From an uncultured delta proteobacterium (GTDB taxonomy: Bacteria > Desulfobacterota > Binatia > UBA9968): a stretch of 64,000 bases of DNA. Made by a program: the position numbers and the translations under genes. The stretch is from positions 64,001 through 128,000 of the forward strand of contig CAWJZV010000042.1 in NCBI GenBank assembly GCA_963847445.1. The letters are read 5' to 3'. Positions 1 through 10,491 of the stretch are shown piece after piece. The notes beneath the pieces were generated by a model that made no database searches, was not told the origin of the DNA, and saw only the letters and a list, made by a program, of their open reading frames with translations. How positions within the stretch are numbered: the first letter of the stretch is position 1; every line of letters starts with the position of its first letter.

Positions 1-1
1 T

Positions 2-430
2 TTTTTTCGCGCCAAGTACGGCGCCGACAGTGTTGAACATAAGCGCGCGCTGCAATGGTGGAGCGAAGAACGCGAGTTCGGCGCCTTTGTCGCCGAAGTC
101 GTGCGCGATTTGACCCAGCTGTACAAGAGCGACATACCGCGCGACGCCAAACTGCGCCTGCGCGAAGAGGTTTTTAGCCGCAGCAAGGCCGAATGGGCGC
201 GCCGTATCGCCGACCGGCCGGCGCACCGCTTCCGCGGTTTCAGCCAGCAAGTCCTGAATAATGCTGTGCTATTGCACTATGTCATTTATTTGAAAGATTT
301 CGACTTGTTCGAGTCGCTGTACGAATTGTCTGGAAAAGAGCTGCCGAAAACCATCGAGCTGTTGCAGCAAGCCGCGGCAAAAGGCGGCGATCCCTTCGAA
401 GCGGTGCGCCAGTTAGTGAAGAAGGGTTAG
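2..430 (+). CDS. Putative aminopeptidase (DUF2265-like), C-terminal part, truncated by window edge
   Basis: Frame open from window start; 'LYKSDIPRDAKLRLREEVF' and 'LNNAVLL' segments resemble the C-terminus of this family. Confidence 0.55.
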   Translation, partial: FFRAKYGADSVEHKRALQWWSEEREFGAFVAEVVRDLTQLYKSDIPRDAKLRLREEVFSRSKAEWARRIADRPAHRFRGFSQQVLNNAVLLHYVIYLKDFDLFESLYELSGKELPKTIELLQQAAAKGGDPFEAVRQLVKKG

Positions 431-597
431 CCGCAAAGCGACGCAAGAAAGCGATTAAATCAAGATATTCTCGCAGCGCGCGGGCACAAAATTGCGAAGG
501 TTTCCAAGGAGGATTGAAATCTCCGGCGAACTTCATACCTCTATCGCGAAATCCTTTGATTTGTAGAGGCGGCTATTAACCTCGCGCTCTCGGTCTA

Positions 598-1469
598 CTA
601 AGTCGCGGCAATAGCATTGGCAAATCGCCGCAGCGCTTCGATATGCGCTGACGGCGATTGCAGTCCCGCTTTCATGGTGTTGAAGCTCACATGCGTGGCG
701 CCAAGAGTGTTCCATGCTTGCTAGATCTGTGCGCCAAGCATCCGGTGCACCTTGGCCGTAGGATATGCGGCCTTCGATGCCGATTGCTTGCGGGTCGCGC
801 CCTGCTTCCTTCGCGTAATCACGAATCTTTTCGATCATCGCCCGGCATTTTTCATCGGGTCCGACGAGCGGAAACCAGCCGTCACCGAGTCGTCGCGAGC
901 CGGCGTAACGCGCGCTCGTCGCTACCGCCGAACCAGATCGGGATCGGCTGCTGCACGGGCAGCGGGTTAATGCCGGCGTCGGTGATCTTATGCCAGCGGC
1001 CTGCGAACGTCACAGCCGGATTTGTCCAGAGCTGGCGCATGACTTCGATTTGCTCTTCGCAGCGGCGGCCGCGATCTTTGAAATCTTCGCCGAGGGCTTC
1101 GTATTCCACCGGGTTCCAGCCGATGCCGATGCCGAAGCGCAGACGGCCGCCGCTCAAGACATCCAGCGCCGCGGCTTGTTTGGCGACCAAGACGGTTTGG
1201 CGCTGCGGCAGGATGACGATACCGGTGCAAAATTCGATTTGCCTGGTCACCCCGGCGAGGTAGCCGAAAAGAACCAACGGCTCGTGGAACATGTCTAAGT
1301 GACTGTAGGGCGCTTTCCAGTTGGGCCGGCTCGCCGGGTTGGCGCCGACCACATGGTCGTAGGCTAGGATATGGGCAAAGCCCAGCTCTTCGGCGGCCTG
1401 GGCGTAGTCCTTGACATAGTATGGATCAGCGCCGATTTCGGTTTGCGGAAACACTACTCCGACTCGCAT
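598..1469 (-). CDS. LLM-class (luciferase-like, probably F420-dependent) oxidoreductase, apparent frameshifts near 890 and 720
   Basis: MRVGVVFPQTEIG, AYDHVVG, HEPLVLFGYLA, ILPQRQTVLVAKQAAALDVLSGGRLRFGIGIGWN; continues in ORF 533..838 and ends ...ALRRFANAIAAT*. Confidence 0.85.
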
Positions 1470-1586
1470 GGCATACCCCTCCAATTGGCAACTATTCGAT
1501 ATTAGGTCAATTCATAGCAATTTTGAAACAGAGGGCTTGAAATAACCCCTGGCCATGCGCACATTCTCTGTGTGCCAAATTGTACC

Positions 1587-1614
1587 TTGACTTAACCTAG
1601 CCATTCCGTAGGAT
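1587..1614 (+). promoter_or_regulatory. sigma70-type promoter of htpX
   Basis: TTGACT-N16-TAGGAT, followed by GGAGG RBS before ATG 1640. Confidence 0.4.
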
Positions 1615-1639
1615 ACCTCGCAGAAAGGGAGGAAATGAT

Positions 1640-2527
1640 ATGAACGGTTTTCGAACCACAATTCTCCTAGCGGTATTGACAGCGCTAGTGGTGTGGATCG
1701 GCCAAATGGTCGGTGGACCCAACGGCGCGGTGATCGCGTTGATTTTCGCCGGCGCCATGAACTTTTTCAGCTATTGGTTCAGCGATAAGATCGTCCTCAA
1801 GATGTACGGCGGGCAGCAGATCACCGCCAACGACGATCCCGAACTGTATAGCTTGGTGCAGGAGCTGGCGGCCAAGGGCGGATTGCCGATGCCGAAAGTC
1901 TACGTGATTCCCGAAGATGCCCCTAACGCTTTTGCCACCGGGCGCAATCCAGAGCATGCCGCGGTGGCGGTGACCCAAGGGATTCGCCGAATTCTCAACA
2001 AGCGCGAGCTCGCCGGCGTGCTCGGCCACGAACTCGCCCATGTGAAAAATCGCGATATCTTGATCAGCAGCATCGCCGCGACCCTCGCGGGCGCGATCAG
2101 TTATATGGCGCAGATGGCGCAGTTCGCCGCGATCTTCGGCGGCGGACGGAGCCGTGACGACGGCGAAGGTAACGGTGGCGGCGGCATTTTTGGCCTGCTG
2201 TTCATGATGATCGTCGCGCCGATAGCGGCGATGTTGATTCAGATGGCGGTGTCGCGTTCGCGCGAGTATATGGCGGATGCCGGTGGCGCGAAGATTTCCG
2301 GCGACCCCTTGGCCTTGGCCGGCGCACTGCGTAAGTTGCATATGGGCGCGCAGAATATTCCGTTGGAGGTGAGCCCGGCGACGCAGAATGCTACGGCGCA
2401 TATGTTTATCGTCAGCCCGCTCAGCGGCGGCAGCTTCGCGTCGTTGTTCAGCACCCATCCGGCGATGGAAGAGCGTGTCGCCCGTCTCGAAGCGATGGCG
2501 AAAGATATGAGTTACCTGCGCGCATAA
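1640..2527 (+). CDS. htpX: Zinc metalloprotease HtpX (M48B)
   Basis: [23 protein letters not shown] zinc motif, [14 protein letters not shown]; transmembrane segments. Confidence 0.95.
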   Translation: MNGFRTTILLAVLTALVVWIGQMVGGPNGAVIALIFAGAMNFFSYWFSDKIVLKMYGGQQITANDDPELYSLVQELAAKGGLPMPKVYVIPEDAPNAFATGRNPEHAAVAVTQGIRRILNKRELAGVLGHELAHVKNRDILISSIAATLAGAISYMAQMAQFAAIFGGGRSRDDGEGNGGGGIFGLLFMMIVAPIAAMLIQMAVSRSREYMADAGGAKISGDPLALAGALRKLHMGAQNIPLEVSPATQNATAHMFIVSPLSGGSFASLFSTHPAMEERVARLEAMAKDMSYLRA

Positions 2528-2546
2528 GGCAGGTTGTGCATTGCGA

Positions 2547-3222
2547 TTATGCTTGTAGGGGCGACCGGCCGGTCGCCCCTACGTTTTCTTCCAACCAGAC
2601 CGAGAGATCGTAAAGTCCCTTCGGCCTGATCTCGTGGCCCATCTCGTATTCCTTAAAAGTCAGCGGCACTTTTAGATCGCGTAACCGCGCCACCGAGTCG
2701 CGGGCGCGGTCGACTTCGATCTGCGGATCCTGGGTGCCATGTTGAATTAACGTCGGCAGCGATTGCACGGCGTCGCTGATATGTCAACCGCGGCACCAGT
2801 TCTCTCGGCAGCCAGGTGCTGAGCGCGGCGAGACCGGCGAAACGCTCAGGATTTGTCAGTGCCAGGCTGTAAGCCATCACGCCGCCTTGGCTGAAGCCGA
2901 GCACGGCGAGTCGCTTGGCGTCGATGGGATACTGTTTGAGGCAGTCGTCGAGAAAAAGTTGCAAGGCTTTCTGGGATTCCAACATGCCGTCGGTGTCAGG
3001 CAGCGCCGCCCTTGCTGGCGCTGTACCAGGCGTAACCGACCTGGTCGGGTCCGATGGGTGTTTCCGACGGCGCCTGCGGACAGATGATTAGAAATTGCCG
3101 CCGCAAAGATAGGGTGCCAGGCCGAGAAGATCGAAGGCGTTGGCGCCGCGGCCATGCAGGGTGAGAATGGTTGGATGGGGGCCCGCGCCGGGCGGTCGGT
3201 AGATGGTGTGGATGAGATTCAC
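2547..3222 (-). CDS. Phospholipase/carboxylesterase (alpha/beta hydrolase), frameshifted
   Basis: GTG start after GGAG RBS; TLHGRGANAFDL, GFSQGG nucleophile, QHGTQDP, EMGHEI spread over ORFs 2877-3155, 2653-2985 and 2547-2768. Confidence 0.8.
2555..2582. repeat. Perfect 28-bp palindrome, GTAG-type REP doublet
   Basis: GTAGGGGCGACCGG|CCGGTCGCCCCTAC. Confidence 0.8.
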
Positions 3223-3295
3223 GGAATGCTCCTTTGAATGATTTTATCGCTCACTGACGGCAATGGCGACCTGCCGGTTGCCGCGCTACGAGATG

Positions 3296-3331
3296 CCCTC
3301 ACTCTCAGCCCTCTCCCGCAAGGGGAGAGGG
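3296..3331. repeat. Intergenic palindromic repeat of the CCCTC..CCCTCTCCC..GGGAGAGGG type
   Basis: ccctcactctcagccctctcccgcaaggggagaggg hairpin. Confidence 0.6.
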
Positions 3332-3371
3332 GATCCGAAGGCTAAATACTGCCAGAGCGTTCGCCGCCAGT

Positions 3372-5066
3372 TTATTCCCTCAGCTGTTCCAAGTGTTTTA
3401 TGCCGATGCGTAACGCGATGACTACCGTCACGATGGTGAGTGCTAACACGATCAAGAGTGACGGCGCAATCACGGAATACTCGGGCAGGAAAATTCGGCC
3501 GCGGTGAAACGCGCGCATGGCCAGAGTGTAAATCGGCCAGGCGACGATCATGACGGCGATGCCGATGAAGCCGATGCTGAAGATCATGCACACGGCGCCG
3601 CCGAAGCTGGTGGGGATCTCGGCGGCGTTTTCATAGTTGAAGTTGGGATAGAGCGCGCCCAAGCCGACGCCGATGGCGGTGATGCCGAAGGTCATGAAGA
3701 AACATCGTGATGAGCGACAGCGCCATCATCCAGGCCGGCACTTTGAGCAGGAGATTACTGCAAAATATCAGCACCTCGCCGAGCAATAACAGCGGTACGA
3801 AGTTCAACCAAAACTTGCTCCACAACAATGCTCGCAACGAGATCGGCGCAGTTTGGAGCAGCCAAAAGGCTTTGCCTTCCAAACTCACCGCGGGAAAGGC
3901 GAAGCGGATGGCGATGGCGCTGAGGACAAATCCGGCGAGGCCCAGATTGGCGAAGGAGACGATGGTGCGGATGGTTCCCGCCGGCATCGGCGAACGGTCG
4001 AGGGGCAGGACTTTGAAGTTGTAGAGATAGACGACGATCAGGGCGGCGAGTAAAAACAGCTGGGACCATTGGGTGGTGTCGCGCAGGAAGGTCTTGATGT
4101 CCTTGAGCATGAATGGCGCGGGTGATGACCGGAAATGGCCGGGTTATCACTTCGAGCAGGCGGTCGAGCCAGGCGAGCTTGCGCCGGCCCTGGCGCGATT
4201 CCTGGGCCTTCGACCAGCCGTCGAGATAGACCGCGCTGGAACACCAGCTGGCCGCCAGCGGCAGAAACATCGCGTAGCTCGCCAGCAGCGCAAAGAAGAA
4301 GCCCTGGTCGGTGTCGCGCTTGAACAAAGTCCCGGCGAGGATTTCCGCCAACCAACTGCTCGGCAAGTAAGACGACGACGGCGTCTCCATGGCGCTTAGG
4401 AATTGCATGAAGTTGCCGAACGACTCCGGCTGCACCAGGCGCTCGGGTTGGGAGAAGCGAAACAGAAAATACATGATCAGAAAGGCGAACAGACCGATGA
4501 AAAAGAGCAGGTCGCGGATGCGCTTGGCCGGCATGGCATAGACCAACAGATGGGTGACCAATGCGCCGATGGCCGCGGGGATGAGCAAAAACAGCGGCAA
4601 AATGATTGCGATCCACAGATAGAGTTCGATGCCGCCGCCGAATACCGAGCCGTAGGCGGCGAAGATCGGCAGCGAAAAGAACAGCACCATCCACGATGAA
4701 TTGATCGTCGTGGCGATCAAGCGGGCGAAGAAAAATCGCGTTGGGTGCCACCGGCGTGGCATGGATCAGGTCGAGATCGCGGGCGAGAAAATAGGTCGAC
4801 AGCGCCGCCACCAGGTTGCTGAACAGCAGCATCGATAGAAAGGTCAGCAAGATTATCAACAGCAATTGATAGGCGAGGGCGGGGCCGAGCTCGTAGACGG
4901 TTTCGAAGTAGCGCAAGACCCGGCGCACCACCAGATAGGTGCCGATCCAGAACAGGCCGGCGAGGAGCGCCAGCGAGAGTCGTCTCGTCCAGGAGTGGGT
5001 GCCGCGGAAAAAACTGTTTTTCCATGACAGCCAAAGCGGCGAGAGCAGCAGGGCGACGGAACTCAT
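3372..5066 (-). CDS. Putative ABC-2-type exporter permease, frameshifted
   Basis: Multi-TM segments in ORFs 4038-5066, 3755-4762, 3631-4110 and 3372-3695 join into one membrane protein (LKDIKTFLRDTTQWSQ, FPAVSLEGKAFW); follows ABC ATPase. Confidence 0.75.
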
Positions 5067-5067
5067 G

Positions 5068-5829
5068 TCAGAGCGCTTGGGCGGCCGGCACTGCCATGTC
5101 CTGCTCGCGGGTGAGTTCTAAGAAACACGCTTTCGAGATTGCCCTTACCGTCGCCGTCGGTCTGGCGCGTGGATTTCGCTCATGGAGCCGCAGGCGATCA
5201 AACGGCCAGTGCGGATGATGCCGATGCGGTGGCAGATCTCCTCGGCGACGGCGATGCTGTGGGTCGAGAGAAACACCGTCGTGCCGTTCTTGGCCAGAGC
5301 GCAGAACAGATCTTTGAGGGTGCGCGCGCCTTTGGGGTCCATGCCGACCATCGGTTCGTCGACGACCAGGATCTTGGGCTCGTGAATCAACGCGCCGCAT
5401 ACCACCAGACGCTGCTTCATGCCATGGGAGTAGCTTTCGACCAACTCGTCCTGCCACGGTGTCATTTCCAGGCGCTCCAGTAGTTCCGCGATGCGTTTGC
5501 TTAATCGCGCTGAGTCGACCCGGTGGAGCTTGCCGACGAAGTGCAAAAACTCGCGGCCGCTGAGCTTTTCATAGATGAACGGCCGGTCGGGAATGAATCC
5601 GGAGATCGCCTTGGCCTTCTGCGCGTCGGCGACGACGTCGTGGCCGTCGAGCAGCACTTGCCCCGATGTCGATTTGAGGATGCCCATCATGCAGCGGATC
5701 GTCGTGGTCTTGCCGGCGCCGTTGGGGCCGAGAAAGCCGAAGATCTCGCCGGGCGCGACTTCGAGATTTAAGTTATCTACGGCGGCGAGTTTGCCGTAGT
5801 GCTTAGCTCAGATTGATGAGTTGAATCAT
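5068..5829 (-). CDS. ABC transporter ATP-binding protein (exporter type), frameshifted
   Basis: GPNGAGKTT Walker A, YSHGMKQR signature, LVVDEP Walker B, STH switch. Confidence 0.9.
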
Positions 5830-5832
5830 TGC

Positions 5833-5918
5833 GATTTTGGATTTTGGATTGCCGATTTTGGATTGAAGAGCGGATTCCGATTCGTCGAGAATCCAAAAGC
5901 GCGGACTAAATCCAAAAT
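5833..5918. repeat. Heptamer (ATTTTGG)n / (CCAAAAT) inverted microsatellite arms
   Basis: gattttggattttggattgccgattttggatt ... aatccaaaa ... aatccaaaat. Confidence 0.65.
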
Positions 5919-5928
5919 GAGCTCCTAT

Positions 5929-7380
5929 TCATAGGACTTCTATTTTCAGATTGCCGATGAGCTGCAGAATATCGATCTGCCGGTCGATCTCGCCTTCGAG
6001 AAATTTCACATGGGTGACGTCGGCGGGGAATTGATTCAGCACCGAATCGAGTGCGACCCAGCGGCCGAGCCAGACTTCGGACCAGGCGTGATAGTAGAAC
6101 GCGCCGCGCAGATAGACGACGCCGACAACGGTTTTCGCCGGGATGCCGGCGGCGCGGGCTAGCGCGTTGAACAGCACGGTGTGCTCGTTGCAGTCGCCTT
6201 TTTTCGCTTGCAGGACTTCCAGGGCGTTGGGAATGCTCACGGTGGGCTCCTTGGCGAGTTCGCGGTAAACCCAGTCTTTGAGTTTCACCGCCGCTTTCAT
6301 GGCGTTGGTTTCCGCGCCGACGATGCGGGCGGCGAGCGTCTTGATGCTCGGATGATCCGACTGCATGAACGCGGTGGGTTGCAAGAAAGTTTGCAGACGC
6401 GGCTCTTTGACCGGAATCGCCGTGGCGCTGAGCTTGGTAAGATCTTCGCGGGTTATCTGCCAGCGGTCGCCGGTGAGTTTTTGCCGTCCGCCGTCGAGGG
6501 CGAAATTCGCCAGGTTGACGCCGCCGAGTTTCAGTTCGACTGCCGGGAGCGCTTTGGCGTCGGCGATCGGCTTGGTCACCGGGATCGACGCTTGCGCGAT
6601 CATGTCCAATGGCACGGCGCGGGACGGCAGATTTTTCGCTTCCTGCTGGCTCTGCCGGGTCATCGACATGCCCGCCGGCGATTCTTCCTTCAACGTCCGG
6701 CCATGGACGTCGACCCAGGAGAGCACCGAAATGCCGCCGAAGCTTTGGCGCATTTTGATCGCCGGTTCGAGGCGGTTGCCGACGCGGATCTGTTCGCGGC
6801 CTTCGATGACGATGGTGGTCACCTGCTGCGACAGCGTCGACGGGTCGAAGGTCGAGAAATAAAATTTCTTGCCGGTCTCCAATTGCTGGGTGACGACATA
6901 GGGCTTGAGCGAAGCGAGCAGGTAGGGCGCCTGGGTCAAGGTGATCTCGCGGGTCGAGCGGTGGCCAGCAGAATTAATTTCCAGCGCCAGCTTGTTGTCT
7001 TTCACCGCGCCGCGCGCTTTGAAGCCGATCTCTTTGGAAGTGAGCGTGAAATCGAAACGCTCCAGGATCCAATCGTCGTTGGCTTCCATTTCCAAGCGGG
7101 TCTCGGCGGGCTGGACGGTGCCCAACAGATTCAAATTGAGCCGGGAAAAATCGTTGAGCTTATAGCCTTTGGTTTTCGGCACGATCGACTGGGAAGCGTA
7201 GCCGATTTTTTCACCACGGTAAAAAATGCCCCACCACTCTTCGCTGCTTTCGGTGATCTTCTCCGTGCCGCGCAGCGTCAGCAGCGGCGGCGGAGCGGCG
7301 ATCTGGCGTTTGATGAGGAGAAAATTCATCACAGCCCAGAAAAGTACGATGCCAATCCAGATCGATCGCTTAACAATCAT
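5929..7380 (-). CDS. Membrane-anchored transglutaminase-like domain protein
   Basis: N-terminal TM; GDCNEH, YHAWSEV and VALD give a Cys-His-Asp triad. Confidence 0.85.
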   Translation of the reverse strand: MIVKRSIWIGIVLFWAVMNFLLIKRQIAAPPPLLTLRGTEKITESSEEWWGIFYRGEKIGYASQSIVPKTKGYKLNDFSRLNLNLLGTVQPAETRLEMEANDDWILERFDFTLTSKEIGFKARGAVKDNKLALEINSAGHRSTREITLTQAPYLLASLKPYVVTQQLETGKKFYFSTFDPSTLSQQVTTIVIEGREQIRVGNRLEPAIKMRQSFGGISVLSWVDVHGRTLKEESPAGMSMTRQSQQEAKNLPSRAVPLDMIAQASIPVTKPIADAKALPAVELKLGGVNLANFALDGGRQKLTGDRWQITREDLTKLSATAIPVKEPRLQTFLQPTAFMQSDHPSIKTLAARIVGAETNAMKAAVKLKDWVYRELAKEPTVSIPNALEVLQAKKGDCNEHTVLFNALARAAGIPAKTVVGVVYLRGAFYYHAWSEVWLGRWVALDSVLNQFPADVTHVKFLEGEIDRQIDILQLIGNLKIEVL

Positions 7381-7446
7381 AGAGTAGAGCGTATATGGTA
7401 AGGCCCCAGCGCTCGTGAATCAACGTGAATCGAGAAATCCCGCAAT

Positions 7447-7914
7447 ATGAGTAATCAACCGATCGTCTTCGCCGCCGACCGGATGTTGGGCCGCCTCGCC
7501 AAGTGGCTGCGCATCCTCGGCTACGATGTCATCTATGGCCGCCATCTCTCCGGCCATGGCCTGATTCGCGCGGCGCGCGCCGATGGCCGGTTGATTCTGA
7601 CGCGGGATCGCAGCCTGGCGCGCAAACAACCGCCGCCGTTTCTGTTCATCGACAGCAACGACTATGTCGAACAGTTGCGCCAGGTCATGGGCGCCTGCAA
7701 TTTGAACCCTGGCGCGGGCCTTTTTAGCCGTTGTTTGGTGTGCAACTCCGAGCTGCAGCCGCGAACCAAGGAATCGGTGGAAAAACTGGTGCCGCCCTAC
7801 GTCTTCGCCACCCAGGAGCGCTTCTCTTGGTGCGGCCGCTGCCAGCGGCTGTACTGGCCGGCGACACACCAGCAGAAAATGCTCGATGCGCTGGGGAAAA
7901 TTGCTATCCAATGA
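7447..7914 (+). CDS. Mut7-C RNase domain protein (PIN-like plus Zn ribbon)
   Basis: ADRMLGRLAKWLRILGYD, LILTRD, SRCLVCN, CGRCQRLYW.ATH. Confidence 0.9.
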   Translation: MSNQPIVFAADRMLGRLAKWLRILGYDVIYGRHLSGHGLIRAARADGRLILTRDRSLARKQPPPFLFIDSNDYVEQLRQVMGACNLNPGAGLFSRCLVCNSELQPRTKESVEKLVPPYVFATQERFSWCGRCQRLYWPATHQQKMLDALGKIAIQ

Positions 7915-7964
7915 ACTAGAATTCCTGAAGATCGTATGCTAAAAAATGTCCCTGTTCTTTTGCT

Positions 7965-8040
7965 TCCCCGGTAGCTCAGTTGGTAGAGCAGGTGACTGTT
8001 AATCACCGGGTCGGGGGTTCGAGTCCCTCCCGGGGAGCCA
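7965..8040 (+). tRNA. tRNA-Asn (GTT)
   Basis: TCCCCGG acceptor stem, TAGCTCAGTTGGTAGAGC D-arm, GGTGA-CTGTTAA-TCACC anticodon arm, GGTTCGAGTCC T-arm, encoded CCA; 76 nt. Confidence 0.97.
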
Positions 8041-8150
8041 GATTTCATGCTCCGCTTCGAGCGCTCCATGCGACATGGCCGGCCGAAGCGGAGTCCGCCT
8101 GTTCATAGATAGTGAAGATTACCAGATTCACCGCACCAGGAGGTCCATCC

Positions 8151-10376
8151 ATGGCATCAACGAAACAAGTCGTCGGCAATCCAACCCCAAGAATCGAAGG
8201 CGAGCTCAAGGTCAGCGGTCAGGCCAAGTATGCGGTGGACGTGACTTTGCCCGGCATGCTCTGGGGCAAGTTGCTGCGCAGCCCGATCGCTTCGGGAAAA
8301 ATCAAACGCATCGATACCAGCAAGGCGGAGAAGCTCAAAGGCGTGCGCGCGATTATCACCGGGGCGGACTGCTCGGGGCTGAAAATCGGCCGCCGACTCT
8401 ACGACATGCCGATCCTCGCCGACGGCGAAGTGCGCTTCATCGGTGAAAAAGTCGCGGCGGTGGCGGCGGACAGCGAAGAGATCGCCGAAGAGGCGGTGAA
8501 TCTGATCGAAGTCGAGTATGAAGAGACCGAGCCGCTGCTCGATCCCGTGGAGGCGCTCAAGCCGGGCGCGAAACTCCTTCATCCCGACGTCATGAACTAC
8601 AAAGGGTTGCCCAATCCGCTCAAGGAGCCGACCAACGATTTTGTTTACGTCACCTGGGGCAAGGGCGATCCTGAGGCCGGCTTTCGCCAGGCGGACGTGA
8701 TCGTCGAAAATACATTTACCACGCCGGTGGTGCATCAGAGTTATATCGAGCCCCATTCCTGCGTCGTCAGCGCGGCGGCCGACGGCTCGGCGGAGTTCTG
8801 GTCGTGCAGCAAGGTGCCCTACGGCGTGCGCGAACAAGTCGCCAACGCGCTCAAGCTGCCGCAAGAAAAACTCAACTTTAATCCCGTTTACATCGGCGGC
8901 GACTTCGGCGGCAAGGGCGATTTCATGGATCTTGCCGTGGTTTATCTCTTGTCTAAGAAAGCCGGACGGCCGGTGAAGCTGGTGATGGACTACGAAGAGG
9001 AATTCACCGCGGGCAATCCGCGCCACGCGTCGATCATCCATGTCAAAACCGGCGTAAAAAAAGACGGTACCCTGGTCGCACACCGCATGAGCTTTACCTT
9101 CGACAGCGGCGCCTACGGCGCATTCAAACCCAACGCCTTCCTCAACGGCCCGCACCTGTCTGCCGGGCCGTACAAGATTCCTCACGTATTTATCGAGGAA
9201 CATATGGTCTACACCAACAAGATTCCCTGCGGCCATATGCGCTCGCCTGGCGACCCCCAGGGATTCTTCGCCAATGAGAGCCAGTTGGACATGATCGCCA
9301 AAAAGCTGGGAATGGACCCGATCAAGTTGCGCCAGAAAAACTTAATGCACGACGGCGATATCGATCCGACCGGCGAGGAGTATAGCTACATAAAGACCGA
9401 CGAGACGCTCAAGAAAGCGCTGGACGATTCGGGCTATCAAAAACCCAAGGCGAAAAACGTTGGGCGCGGCATCGCGCTGGTGCAGTGGACGCCCGCCGGC
9501 GGTATCGGCACGGTTGCGATCTCGCTGGATGCAAAAGGCGTGGCGACGATTTCCTCCGCCATGGCCGATCAAGGCGCGGGCACGTACACGGTGTTGAGTG
9601 AAATCATCGCCGAGGAACTCAAGATTCCATTGAGCCAGGTCAAGGTGCAACAGTTGGACACGCAGCAAGGAACTAAGGATACCGGCGTCGGTGGCAGCCG
9701 GGCGACGCGGGTCTACGGCAACGCCGGCTACGAGGCGGCGCTGAAGGCCGTTGCTGCGATCAAACAGGCGGCGGCCGAGCAGATGGGCACTTCACCGGAT
9801 CAGGTCGTCTTGGCAAAAGGCGCGGCTTTGCATCCGCGTATGGAACGACGACTCACCTACGGTGAAATCGTCAAGGCCAAAGGAGCGCCGATCGCAGTCG
9901 AGGCGACGTTTAACGATAATGCCAAGATCCACGCGGCATCCATGTGTGTGCAAGTGGCGGAAGTCGAGGTCGACCCCGATACCGGACGGGTGGAGCTCAA
10001 GAAATTCACATCGACGCATAACACCGGCACTGTGCTCAATCCGCTGATGCACCAGGGACAGATCGAGGGCGCAAGCATGACCGGCATCGGCTACACGCTG
10101 ATGGAAGAAGTGATCATCAACGACGGTAAAGTCGCGACGACCCACTTCGGCGAGTACAAGATCCCGACCATCAAGGATGTTCCGGCATTCAAAGGGTCGG
10201 TTTCGGAAGCGCCGCATGGAGCGGGACCTTATGACAGCATGCCGATCGGCGAGACCGGCAATATTCCCACTGCGGCTGCCATCGCCAATGCGGTAGCAGA
10301 CGCTTGCGGTGTGCGTATCACCAGCTTGCCGATCACGGCGGAGAAGGTTTACCAAGCGCTGCACGGCGCGAAGTGA
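8151..10376 (+). CDS. Xanthine dehydrogenase-family molybdopterin-binding large subunit
   Basis: AGGAGG RBS; KVSGQAKYAVD, IEPHS, IGGDFGGKG, DQGAG, GGSRAT, GQIEG, IGE; ~740 aa. Confidence 0.9.
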   Translation: MASTKQVVGNPTPRIEGELKVSGQAKYAVDVTLPGMLWGKLLRSPIASGKIKRIDTSKAEKLKGVRAIITGADCSGLKIGRRLYDMPILADGEVRFIGEKVAAVAADSEEIAEEAVNLIEVEYEETEPLLDPVEALKPGAKLLHPDVMNYKGLPNPLKEPTNDFVYVTWGKGDPEAGFRQADVIVENTFTTPVVHQSYIEPHSCVVSAAADGSAEFWSCSKVPYGVREQVANALKLPQEKLNFNPVYIGGDFGGKGDFMDLAVVYLLSKKAGRPVKLVMDYEEEFTAGNPRHASIIHVKTGVKKDGTLVAHRMSFTFDSGAYGAFKPNAFLNGPHLSAGPYKIPHVFIEEHMVYTNKIPCGHMRSPGDPQGFFANESQLDMIAKKLGMDPIKLRQKNLMHDGDIDPTGEEYSYIKTDETLKKALDDSGYQKPKAKNVGRGIALVQWTPAGGIGTVAISLDAKGVATISSAMADQGAGTYTVLSEIIAEELKIPLSQVKVQQLDTQQGTKDTGVGGSRATRVYGNAGYEAALKAVAAIKQAAAEQMGTSPDQVVLAKGAALHPRMERRLTYGEIVKAKGAPIAVEATFNDNAKIHAASMCVQVAEVEVDPDTGRVELKKFTSTHNTGTVLNPLMHQGQIEGASMTGIGYTLMEEVIINDGKVATTHFGEYKIPTIKDVPAFKGSVSEAPHGAGPYDSMPIGETGNIPTAAAIANAVADACGVRITSLPITAEKVYQALHGAK

Positions 10377-10491
10377 TGCACGATGCCGTTTCCGGGAACC
10401 ATCGATCTCGGAAAGTTTCGGGTCGTTGAGGAAGAGGAGCGGCAGCGGCCGGCGCCGATTCGGCTGGAGTAAAGAGCGTGAGCTAATTGAG

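Noticed and set aside
7965-8100. tRNA-Asn as an integration site for a prophage or island
   Set aside because: No integrase and no duplicated tRNA 3' end seen in the window
8151-10376. Aerobic CO dehydrogenase CoxL
   Set aside because: Lacks the AYXCSFR (form I) and AYXGAGR (form II) signatures, and no coxM/coxS is adjacent
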